A stretch of DNA of 64,000 bases from a virus (Duplodnaviria; Caudoviricetes). The stretch lies in the IMG/VR virus record IMGVR_UViG_3300021959_007005; one strand, written 5' to 3'. Both the position numbers and the translations under genes were made by a program. This document shows, in pieces, positions 38,133 to 45,285 of this stretch. Every line of letters begins with the position of its first letter. The stretch's first letter is position 1. A model generated the notes under the pieces. The model ran no database searches and had not been told where the DNA came from. It saw only the letters and a list, made by a program, of their open reading frames with translations.

Positions 38133-39266
38133 ATGCGAATCGATCCAGAAATTCGTCTTGACTATAAAGATGTTCTTATACGTCCAAAACGTAGTACACT
38201 ACAAAGCAGACGCCAAGTAAAACTAGAGCGTAAGTTTGAATTTAGAAATTATATTCCAGATCCGATGAGTATAGAGTTTATTAAGGGTAGACCATCTTAT
38301 GAGGGTATTCCTATTATGGCTGCTAACATGGATGGTGTTGGTACTATGCATATGGCCGATAAACTTACTGAACAAAAAATCTTTACCTGCCTAGTAAAGA
38401 CATACAGTGCAGAACAACTTTCAAAATTCTTTAACAGTGATTATCCAGACAGCAGACGTCGAGAAAATGTTGCTATGAGTATTGGTACAAGCGATGCTGA
38501 CTTTTTAAAATTAGTTGAAGTTCAAGCACAAGTTGGTAGCAACTTAAAATATGTATGTATGGATATTGCAAATGGTTATAGTGACCATTTTGCAGCAAGA
38601 GTACGTAAAGTACGTGACCAGTTTCCAAGACTGGTAATTATAGCAGGTAATGTAGTAACCGGAGAAATGACAGAGGAGTTAATTTTAAGTGGAGCAGATA
38701 TTATTAAAGTGGGCATTGGTCCCGGCTCTGTTTGCACTACTAGGATACAAACTGGTGTTGGATATCCGCAGTTATCTGCGGTTATCGAGTGTGCAGATGC
38801 CGCCCATGGACTTGGGGGTCACATTATTGCTGACGGTGGGTGTACTTGCCCTGGCGATGTCGCTAAGGCCTTTGCAGGTGGAGCAGATTTTGTTATGCTC
38901 GGTGGTATGCTTGCTGGCCATGATGAAGGCGGCGGCGAAGTAATTGAAAAATTTTATGAAACTAACCAGTTAGAAGATTTACATGGCAAACGTGTAATCG
39001 AAAGAAAACAGTTTGTACAATTCTACGGTATGAGTAGTGATGCGGCTAACACAAAACATTTTGGTGGACTTAAAGACTATCGTTCATCAGAAGGGCGTGA
39101 AGTACTTGTTCCTTATAGAGGGAATGTAGAAGCCACAATACAAGATTTACTTGGTGGTATTCGTAGTACATGTACATATGCTGGTGCCATGAAGTTAAAA
39201 CAACTTAGTAAGTGTACCACGTTTATTAGATGCACTCAACAATTTAATGCAATTTATGCAAAATAA
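38133..39266 (+). CDS. guaC: GMP reductase
   Basis: [59 protein letters not shown]. Confidence 0.95.
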   Translation: MRIDPEIRLDYKDVLIRPKRSTLQSRRQVKLERKFEFRNYIPDPMSIEFIKGRPSYEGIPIMAANMDGVGTMHMADKLTEQKIFTCLVKTYSAEQLSKFFNSDYPDSRRRENVAMSIGTSDADFLKLVEVQAQVGSNLKYVCMDIANGYSDHFAARVRKVRDQFPRLVIIAGNVVTGEMTEELILSGADIIKVGIGPGSVCTTRIQTGVGYPQLSAVIECADAAHGLGGHIIADGGCTCPGDVAKAFAGGADFVMLGGMLAGHDEGGGEVIEKFYETNQLEDLHGKRVIERKQFVQFYGMSSDAANTKHFGGLKDYRSSEGREVLVPYRGNVEATIQDLLGGIRSTCTYAGAMKLKQLSKCTTFIRCTQQFNAIYAK

Positions 39267-39299
39267 CTGTTGACTATGATCTTTTAATACGCTACAACA

Positions 39300-39403
39300 G
39301 TCGTATAGCAACTATGCTAGAGCAGAGGTGTAACACACAGGCTTAAAATAGTATCACAACCCAGAGACGGCGTTAAGGGAGGACATTTTGTTCTCCCTTT
39401 TCT
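39300..39403 (+). ncRNA. candidate small RNA (promoter to terminator, no ORF)
   Basis: TTGACT 39270-75 with weak -10; 10-bp terminator stem 39375-99 plus U-tract. Confidence 0.4.
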
Positions 39404-39510
39404 TATGTGCAGATACGCACAGTTGCACAAAACGCATATCGTCTTTGCGCATACAGCACTAGTAAACCATGGTTTTTAGTGTTATATTAAAATAAATAAA
39501 AGTACAACAA

Positions 39511-39609
39511 CAAGCGTCCTCAGCTTGCAAAAAATGAGGGGCAGGCGCAGACTGCCATATCAAGCGAATGACGCCAGGAAAAGACCTGGGGTATTGCTTT
39601 CCTCAAGCA
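39511..39609 (+). ncRNA. structured leader/sRNA: H-type pseudoknot plus three hairpins
   Basis: caagc/gcttg with loop gtcctca pairing to tgaggg; ggcag/ctgcc; ccagg/cctgg; tgctt-tcctc-aagca. Confidence 0.6.
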
Positions 39610-39637
39610 TCCACAAAACTGAATATGGAGATTCAAA

Positions 39638-39808
39638 ATGGTTAATATACTATACAATAACCTTGCGAGCTTGTTTGCGAGGAAAAATAAGCACTCTGAT
39701 GATATGCGACTATACGCAAAAACAGAATACAAAAGTGATTGGCAGTTTGCTTATCACTATATGATGACACACAACGGCGCTGGGCCACGAATGGGAGTAC
39801 ACAACTAA
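39638..39808 (+). CDS. 56 aa protein (not in ORF track)
   Basis: SD GGAG; MVNILYNNLASLFARKNKHSDDMRLYAKTEYKSDWQFAYHYMMTHNGAGPRMGVHN; TAATG coupling. Confidence 0.65.
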   Translation: MVNILYNNLASLFARKNKHSDDMRLYAKTEYKSDWQFAYHYMMTHNGAGPRMGVHN

Positions 39809-40068
39809 TGACACAAGCAATTTTAACAGCATCAACTATCTTAACAGACGCAGTACAAGGACTAATGGACCTTATACATGACATGAAAATTAAATCACAA
39901 AAACGTGCATTGGTACGTAAAACAAAAATTGAACTGTCAAGACTTTCAGACTATGAGTTAAAAGACTTGGGCATTGGTCGCAGTGATATTACTTCAATTG
40001 CTAATGGAACCTTTCACGATAACAGAAGTGTTGTAGAAGCAAACCGCAACTTGAGAGGTTGGGTATAA
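39808..40068 (+). CDS. DUF1127 (YjiS-like) protein
   Basis: RKTKIELSRLSDYELKDLGIGRSDI; start moved to 39808. Confidence 0.88.
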   Translation: MTQAILTASTILTDAVQGLMDLIHDMKIKSQKRALVRKTKIELSRLSDYELKDLGIGRSDITSIANGTFHDNRSVVEANRNLRGWV

Positions 40069-40262
40069 TGGAAGCAGTAGGAAACACACCAGTAGAAACA
40101 CCAACATTTATCAAAACACTCAACAAGTACGCCGTTGCATTTGCTATGGGCGTATGGGCATTTGGTGAATCAGCAGGTAGAGCCAGGGCTGCCGCTGAAC
40201 TACATCGTCAAGGCTACTACAAAGAAGCCAAAGCACTTATGCTTGGAGATAAAGATGTTTAA
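40068..40262 (+). CDS. small protein, DUF1127-like array member
   Basis: GRARAAAELHRQGYYKEAKAL; TAATG coupling. Confidence 0.65.
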   Translation: MEAVGNTPVETPTFIKTLNKYAVAFAMGVWAFGESAGRARAAAELHRQGYYKEAKALMLGDKDV

Positions 40263-40389
40263 GAGATTTTTGAAAGCAATGGAATATCGTTCATACTGCA
40301 TGGCAATTCGTGAATTGCGCAACAAAGGTATGTTTAAAGAAGCTAATAAGATTTCTGAGTACAAGCATACCATGTACCCAACACACTAA
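40255..40389 (+). CDS. 44 aa protein, paralogue of 40068 ORF
   Basis: AIRELRNKGMFKEANKI; SD GGAG. Confidence 0.6.
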   Translation: MFKRFLKAMEYRSYCMAIRELRNKGMFKEANKISEYKHTMYPTH

Positions 40390-40421
40390 GACTGCTACGT
40401 TTTAGCGCACTAAAAAATACA

Positions 40422-40458
40422 ATAGCAGGCTTGATTTTTGTTCAAAGCCTGCTATATA
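40422..40458 (+). promoter_or_regulatory. 11-bp inverted repeat overlapping a sigma70-like promoter
   Basis: atagcaggctt/aagcctgctat; TTGATT 40431-36, TGc-TATATA 40450-58. Confidence 0.45.
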
Positions 40459-40479
40459 CATTATATGGAGGCACTAATA

Positions 40480-40641
40480 ATGAGCGAACAAACTAACTAT
40501 TGTACTACAAAAGGATTAGGATTAGCTTTCTTGATTATTATTATCGGGATGGTAGGTATGCCTATTCTTGGATCGGCGATTGCTTATCCAGACAACTGTA
40601 AACAAAGTATACTAATTCCTTGCTTAGGATTAGGCGAATAA
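40480..40641 (+). CDS. small single-TM protein
   Basis: SD GGAGG; start moved to 40480. Confidence 0.6.
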   Translation: MSEQTNYCTTKGLGLAFLIIIIGMVGMPILGSAIAYPDNCKQSILIPCLGLGE

Positions 40642-40657
40642 ATTTTAAGGATAGAAA

Positions 40658-41077
40658 ATGAAAAAATTACTAGCTACTATAGCAGTACTAACTGCTTTCA
40701 CAACTACTGCCTTTGCCGCAGACACTACAGTCGAAATGTTAAACAAACGTGATGACGGCGCCAAAATGGTGTACTCAGAAGATATCACACGTATTGATGT
40801 AGGCGATACGATTACTTGGGTACCAACAGCAAAAGGTCACAATGTAGAATTCATTGCTGGTCCAGATGGCTGGGATGCACCACGTAAATCAAAACTCAAC
40901 AAAGAAGTTGCGATTACATTTGACACACCAGGCGTATATCTATATCAGTGTTCACCACACAAGTCAATGGGTATGATTGCTATTGTTGTCGTAGGTGACG
41001 GAGACAATGATGTATCCAAAGCCAAAGTAAAAGGCAAGTCAAAGAAAAAACTAAAGGCATTGTTGAAAGAGTTATAA
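40658..41077 (+). CDS. pseudoazurin (type 1 blue copper protein)
   Basis: signal peptide; VEMLNK, GHNVEF, YQCSPHKSMGM (H,C,H,M ligands). Confidence 0.93.
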   Translation: MKKLLATIAVLTAFTTTAFAADTTVEMLNKRDDGAKMVYSEDITRIDVGDTITWVPTAKGHNVEFIAGPDGWDAPRKSKLNKEVAITFDTPGVYLYQCSPHKSMGMIAIVVVGDGDNDVSKAKVKGKSKKKLKALLKEL

Positions 41078-41080
41078 GTT

Positions 41081-41488
41081 ATGCTTAAAAACTTGGTAAA
41101 CAAAATCCCAGAGTTTTGTATGACTCATTGGTTGCTACGCTTACCGCTTATTGTTGTATTTGTACAGCAAGGAATGGACAAGTGGCCAATCGACGTAAAC
41201 GACTCACCAGTAGAATTAACTCTACTGGTGTGGTCAGTTGTTGTATTAGGTGAACTGGGCGCCGCATTAGGTTTAGTAGTTGGCGGTGTAATTGGACTGC
41301 AAAAGCGTATTAAAGAGCTTGGCGATATGATTACACGATTCTCGGGCATTACTATTGCCAGTATTATGACAGGTGTTATATGGACTGGCGAGCCTGAAAG
41401 TTTCACAGACGTTATACTATATGATCACTTTCATGTCCTACTATGGGTAGGTGGAATGTACTTCGCTCTGCGAGGAAACAGAACTTGA
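41081..41488 (+). CDS. DoxX-family membrane protein
   Basis: LLRLPL..F.QQG.DK, V.GELG, R.SG. Confidence 0.7.
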   Translation: MLKNLVNKIPEFCMTHWLLRLPLIVVFVQQGMDKWPIDVNDSPVELTLLVWSVVVLGELGAALGLVVGGVIGLQKRIKELGDMITRFSGITIASIMTGVIWTGEPESFTDVILYDHFHVLLWVGGMYFALRGNRT

Positions 41489-41675
41489 TTAAAAGATGGT
41501 GGCGGATATGGGCTAAAAGCCTTGGCGAAAAAGTTGGTGAAACTGATGCGCAAGCAAATGCAGTAGCAGCAATTCGAACGTTTTGGTGGGTAGTACACAT
41601 CCTCACTTGCTTTGCAATTATTATACACAACACCAAAAAATTAGGATGGTGGTAATGAGAGGAAACAGAACATGA
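41472..41675 (+). repeat. 13-bp direct repeat (16 of 17 with extension) flanking one small gene
   Basis: gaggaaacagaac[t/a]tga at 41472-88 and 41659-75. Confidence 0.8.
41485..41655 (+). CDS. small membrane protein, paralogue of 4763..4972
   Basis: TTG start with GAGGA SD; RWWRIWAKSLGEKVG..RTFWWVVHILTC. Confidence 0.6.
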   Translation: MIKRWWRIWAKSLGEKVGETDAQANAVAAIRTFWWVVHILTCFAIIIHNTKKLGWW

Positions 41676-41875
41676 CCGACGAAGAAATGAGAGCCTCACT
41701 ACAAGCCGAAGCAGAGAAAACATTTGCTGGATTTATCTTGTGGAGTAAGCGAGGATCATATGCGGCAATTGCGGCTTTGTTGGTTGCAGCATCGTGTAAC
41801 TTCGGTGTCGACGAAAGTAAGTACTCGGGATACAATGGCGCACAGTATAACCCTTCAGGACTAAGTACAAAGTAA
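41672..41875 (+). CDS. aa3-type cytochrome c oxidase subunit IV-like protein
   Basis: AEKTFAGFI followed by one TM helix, as in alphaproteobacterial CtaH/CoxIV. Confidence 0.55.
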   Translation: MTDEEMRASLQAEAEKTFAGFILWSKRGSYAAIAALLVAASCNFGVDESKYSGYNGAQYNPSGLSTK

Positions 41876-41982
41876 TGCATGGCGACAGAGGCAATCCTAA
41901 AATAGTTATATTAATGCTTGCCTTATGCGTTGTATTACATATAGTCGTTATACCAATTTGGATGTGGAGTTTAGGATTATGA
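41875..41982 (+). CDS. 35 aa membrane peptide (not in ORF track)
   Basis: MHGDRGNPKIVILMLALCVVLHIVVIPIWMWSLGL; coupled at both ends. Confidence 0.5.
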   Translation: MHGDRGNPKIVILMLALCVVLHIVVIPIWMWSLGL

Positions 41983-42194
41983 AACCAAATAACAACTTTG
42001 ACTTATCAGTTCGTGACATTGAAGTCATTGAATCAGCACTAAGAGCAAAAGCTGGACGCAGAGGAATGGCTATTGCTCAAGGTGATACATCAACCCAACT
42101 CCATTCGGAGATGACAGAGATACAAGCACTACTCGGACGTATTCATGATCAAAAAGTATGGTACAGGCCTAAAGGTAAATTTGTAAGCGGTTAG
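41979..42194 (+). CDS. hypothetical protein
   Basis: start moved to 41979; FDLSVRDIEVIESAL..WYRPK. Confidence 0.55.
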   Translation: MKPNNNFDLSVRDIEVIESALRAKAGRRGMAIAQGDTSTQLHSEMTEIQALLGRIHDQKVWYRPKGKFVSG

Positions 42195-42952
42195 GCTTCG
42201 ATTTTATTTGATATGTGTTTAACATAGTGGGTCATACTATGATCACTTAAACTATCAAAAAATTGGCGCTGTTTCCACGCTGCACGATATCCCCTAAACC
42301 TGTCTTTAAATCGTTGCCATAACGTAGCATTACGAATATTTCCATATGTATTAATGTAATGTAAATTTCCAGCATGTTTAAAGAATAATGAAGCTGGAGG
42401 AACACGAGTTACAATATCATTATTGTTTACAAAACGATGTATTGTAAAATTTTTATTAACTTCCTTGACCCAACTTTTAGTGCCAGTTCTTGGACTTCCA
42501 AAGTTATAACATATTGTTCCAGCAGGCAGTCTACTAGTTGCAATAGTACTCATTGCTGCACCCAAACTATGCCCACAGGTATATGCTTGTTTATATGGTT
42601 TTTTCAATAACCATTTTTCAATTTCTGGCCAAAGATGATTTACTTGATTTTTAAATCCTTTATGTACTCTTCCTATACCTAGTTCGTTCTTTACATGAAA
42701 TGCTCTGAGATCTGCTTTTATATCACTAAACTGTGTGGGCTCAGTTCCTCTAAATGCTAATATAACATAATCCTTAAATCTTATACCATATGCTTGCGCA
42801 CCATTTTTGTCAAAAAACATAATATCTTTATATCCTAATGATTTGACACTTTTTGTAAAATTGACTTTGTCCTTGTATGCCCATTCGCTTAATTTTGCAA
42901 AATGAGCGGCGTTAGCATAACTAAAATTATTTGTTATGTTATAATTTGTCAT
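42191..42952 (-). CDS. class 3 lipase (alpha/beta hydrolase)
   Basis: AFRGT, VHKGF, GHSLG, NFGSPR, RFVNNNDIVTRVP, DHSM. Confidence 0.9.
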   Translation of the reverse strand: MTNYNITNNFSYANAAHFAKLSEWAYKDKVNFTKSVKSLGYKDIMFFDKNGAQAYGIRFKDYVILAFRGTEPTQFSDIKADLRAFHVKNELGIGRVHKGFKNQVNHLWPEIEKWLLKKPYKQAYTCGHSLGAAMSTIATSRLPAGTICYNFGSPRTGTKSWVKEVNKNFTIHRFVNNNDIVTRVPPASLFFKHAGNLHYINTYGNIRNATLWQRFKDRFRGYRAAWKQRQFFDSLSDHSMTHYVKHISNKIEA

Positions 42953-43034
42953 CTTAGACTCCCTGTATTACTCTCTCATACTATATTTATTGGTAAACTG
43001 GGTAAATATATTAAAGTACCTAAAGGGATAGTAT

Positions 43035-43583
43035 ATGAATTTAAGTAAAGACTTTTTAATTAGTTTGCCTACCATGGCAACTAAAAAATTCAGTAATAGT
43101 TTGATTTATATGCATGAACATAATGGTAACGGAGCAGCTGGATGGATAATTAATAAGCCGCTTGATGATAAGAGTAGTGCTAGTGTATCACAAGAAATGG
43201 GGCTAAAGGAAAAAAACCAACCTATTTATTTCGGTGGTCCAGTTAATGTAGAGCAAGCATATGTGTTGCATACTCCTGATTTAAGGCTTAGTAACACTAT
43301 TGAATTAACTGAAAATTTGTGCCTAACTAGAGAAAAGCATATAATCAATATGCTTAATTTAGGAAATTTCCCATCTAAATGGAAGATTGTAATTGGTCAA
43401 AGTCAATGGGGACCTGGTCAATTAGAAAGTGAAATTTATGGAAGTAGAACACAGGGTAAAAGTTTATGGACAAATATACCGTATAGAGAAGATCTTATGT
43501 GGAATACTATCAGTAGTTACCAATGGAGTACTGGATTAAAAGCCAGTGCATCTAATAAAGTAAAGAGCTTGATTACTTTTTAG
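43035..43583 (+). CDS. YqgE/AlgH (DUF179) family protein
   Basis: FLISLP, IYMHEH..GAAGWIINKP, YFGGPV, WGPGQLESE. Confidence 0.85.
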   Translation: MNLSKDFLISLPTMATKKFSNSLIYMHEHNGNGAAGWIINKPLDDKSSASVSQEMGLKEKNQPIYFGGPVNVEQAYVLHTPDLRLSNTIELTENLCLTREKHIINMLNLGNFPSKWKIVIGQSQWGPGQLESEIYGSRTQGKSLWTNIPYREDLMWNTISSYQWSTGLKASASNKVKSLITF

Positions 43584-43626
43584 TAGTGTTAGCGCACAAC
43601 ATTTGAGGTACAGATTAAATAGACTT

Positions 43627-43881
43627 ATGAAACATTTCATCAATTCTTATAGTGCATATTTACCAGTTACTATCAAAGAAGCCAATTGGATGTTTTGGAA
43701 AGTTAATGGTCATCTAATACCTGAAAACTGGAACAACACGGACATTATAAATATGTACGATACATATTTCGCTGAAACATGGGGAAATGAAGACATATCA
43801 TCAATCAGTGAAGATAATTTTGTAATAGCATGGGAAACCAAAAATGGTAATAAGCAACAAAATACAATCTCTATCCAATGA
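43627..43881 (+). CDS. hypothetical protein
   Basis: start moved to ATG 43627. Confidence 0.5.
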   Translation: MKHFINSYSAYLPVTIKEANWMFWKVNGHLIPENWNNTDIINMYDTYFAETWGNEDISSISEDNFVIAWETKNGNKQQNTISIQ

Positions 43882-44068
43882 AGAACTTAAATTTATTGAA
43901 AAATTAGCAAGATCACAAATGGCATTAGAGGCGGATAAACGTAAAACATATAGTGGATTTTTAACCAAAGGTATGGTCGATAATTCACCAGTAGATACAT
44001 GTCGTAAAATTATCGATGCTGTTCAAAGTCAACAACAACTTAATGTTACAATGTCAACCAAGTGGTAG
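43844..44068 (+). CDS. hypothetical protein
   Basis: 74 aa ORF. Confidence 0.5.
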   Translation: MVISNKIQSLSNEELKFIEKLARSQMALEADKRKTYSGFLTKGMVDNSPVDTCRKIIDAVQSQQQLNVTMSTKW

Positions 44069-44073
44069 TTAGT

Positions 44074-44289
44074 TTACTTTATATATTTTTTTAATAATAG
44101 ATAAGCAGTATAACACACAAACAAATATATTGTTGCTACTCCTACGTCTACTAGATGTTCTCGCATATGATAGATGAACTCTATTCCTGCTTGAACATCA
44201 CCCATAGACGATGGATCGACGGTAATTGCTTCGACTGTGCCATCTGCACTAAACTCTATAGCAGTTCTTTCTGTTTCATTTGGTTCCAT
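44074..44289 (-). CDS. small membrane protein
   Basis: C-terminal TM helix; coupled to upstream minus gene. Confidence 0.6.
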   Translation of the reverse strand: MEPNETERTAIEFSADGTVEAITVDPSSMGDVQAGIEFIYHMREHLVDVGVATIYLFVCYTAYLLLKKYIK

Positions 44290-44627
44290 TATAAGTTACT
44301 CCCCCAACCTTGACCCCATTCTTCCATTACAAATTCTCCAAACGCCTGACCAAAGATCCATATTAATACAAGTATACATGCTGCCACACATATTGTAAGC
44401 GTCCATATCCAAATTTGTAGTACTGGATGTTTTCCCATTGTCCAATATATTAATTTTTTTATTTTACTCTTTAATCCGTCCAATATATATTTTCCCACAG
44501 TCCATCTCAGTAATCGCATCACTATTAATATTGGTGATGATACAACTTCAATCAGTAGTAAAAATAAGTCAACAGATAGATCCACAACATGGTCTATATT
44601 CAACCATTTGCGAAACCGTTGCCACAT
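44289..44627 (-). CDS. membrane protein
   Basis: two hydrophobic segments. Confidence 0.6.
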   Translation of the reverse strand: MWQRFRKWLNIDHVVDLSVDLFLLLIEVVSSPILIVMRLLRWTVGKYILDGLKSKIKKLIYWTMGKHPVLQIWIWTLTICVAACILVLIWIFGQAFGEFVMEEWGQGWGSNL

Positions 44628-44761
44628 TAGTTCTTTCTGTTATGATTTATTTTATCAATCATTTCCTTCTGCTGTTTGATTAATTCTCGCTGTTTATCTA
44701 AAATAATAAATTGTTTGTCCAGCTCACTTAGTTCTGGAAATTTTAATACATTGTCTGACAT
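44627..44761 (-). CDS. 44 aa protein (not in ORF track)
   Basis: MSDNVLKFPELSELDKQFIILDKQRELIKQQKEMIDKINHNRKN; TAATG coupling. Confidence 0.55.
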   Translation of the reverse strand: MSDNVLKFPELSELDKQFIILDKQRELIKQQKEMIDKINHNRKN

Positions 44762-44799
44762 TTATTTTCCCTTACATATTAATATTTATTTAATAAAGA

Positions 44800-44830
44800 T
44801 TGACATCGTTATATACTACTGTTATAAATA
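44800..44830 (+). promoter_or_regulatory. tmRNA promoter, overlapping sigma70 and late motifs
   Basis: TTGACA-17-TGt-TATAAA; the -10 is also TATAAATA (44823-30). Confidence 0.8.
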
Positions 44831-44835
44831 ATATT

Positions 44836-44897
44836 GTAAACGTTGAAGCAACGTGAACGCATACTGGACCGCGGGGCAGTACCGCGCATCTCCACCA
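44836..44897 (+). ncRNA. ssrA: two-piece tmRNA, acceptor piece
   Basis: T-arm cgcgg-GGCAGUA-ccgcg (alphaproteobacterial loop), acceptor strand CAUCUCC, discriminator A, encoded CCA (44895-97); 5' end approximate. Confidence 0.92.
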
Positions 44898-44911
44898 TAA
44901 GGACATTGAGA

Positions 44912-45100
44912 ATGGAAATTATCTGGCACATACTATTAACAGTTTGTTCTGGCACAACCTGCTTAGAACAAGATGTACAACAGTTTGAAACTAAAGCACA
45001 GTGTAAAACTATGCTTGTAGAATATACAGAAATGCCAGCGGACGGACATTGGGATACAGTTGAATATATCTGTAAACCTTTAGATTCAGTGTCTTTATGA
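44912..45100 (+). CDS. 62 aa Cys-containing protein inside the tmRNA intervening segment
   Basis: AAGGA SD; MEIIWHILLTVCSGTTCLEQ..C..YICKP; stop 1 nt before mature tmRNA 5' G. Confidence 0.7.
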   Translation: MEIIWHILLTVCSGTTCLEQDVQQFETKAQCKTMLVEYTEMPADGHWDTVEYICKPLDSVSL

Positions 45101-45101
45101 T

Positions 45102-45266
45102 GGGGATGAAATAGGATCGACAGGTGTGGTAGTGAAGTGGAGTTTACCGGATGACTGCGTTATTGGTCAACATTTCTAAATGCAAACGCAAATAGAGCGC
45201 CAGAAATGGCATTAGCAGCCTAAGGGTATGTGGGGGCGGGTACTGCCTAGCAACAGAAGTGCCACT
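45102..45266 (+). ncRNA. ssrA: two-piece tmRNA, coding piece; tag ANANRAPEMALAA (45182-45223)
   Basis: GGGGAUG pairs 7/7 with CAUCUCC including G3-U70; GAAAUAGGAUCGAC D-region; UAAAU-GCA resume codon; 3' end approximate. Confidence 0.92.
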
Positions 45267-45285
45267 CTAATGTAAAGGACATCTA

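Noticed and set aside
39525-39764. 79-aa ORF in the track
   Set aside because: No SD, runs through the structured leader, conflicts with the SD-led, coupled ORF 39638..39808.
44843-44911. Track's upstream extension of the ORF ending at 45100
   Set aside because: Overlaps the tmRNA acceptor piece; ATG 44912 has the SD.
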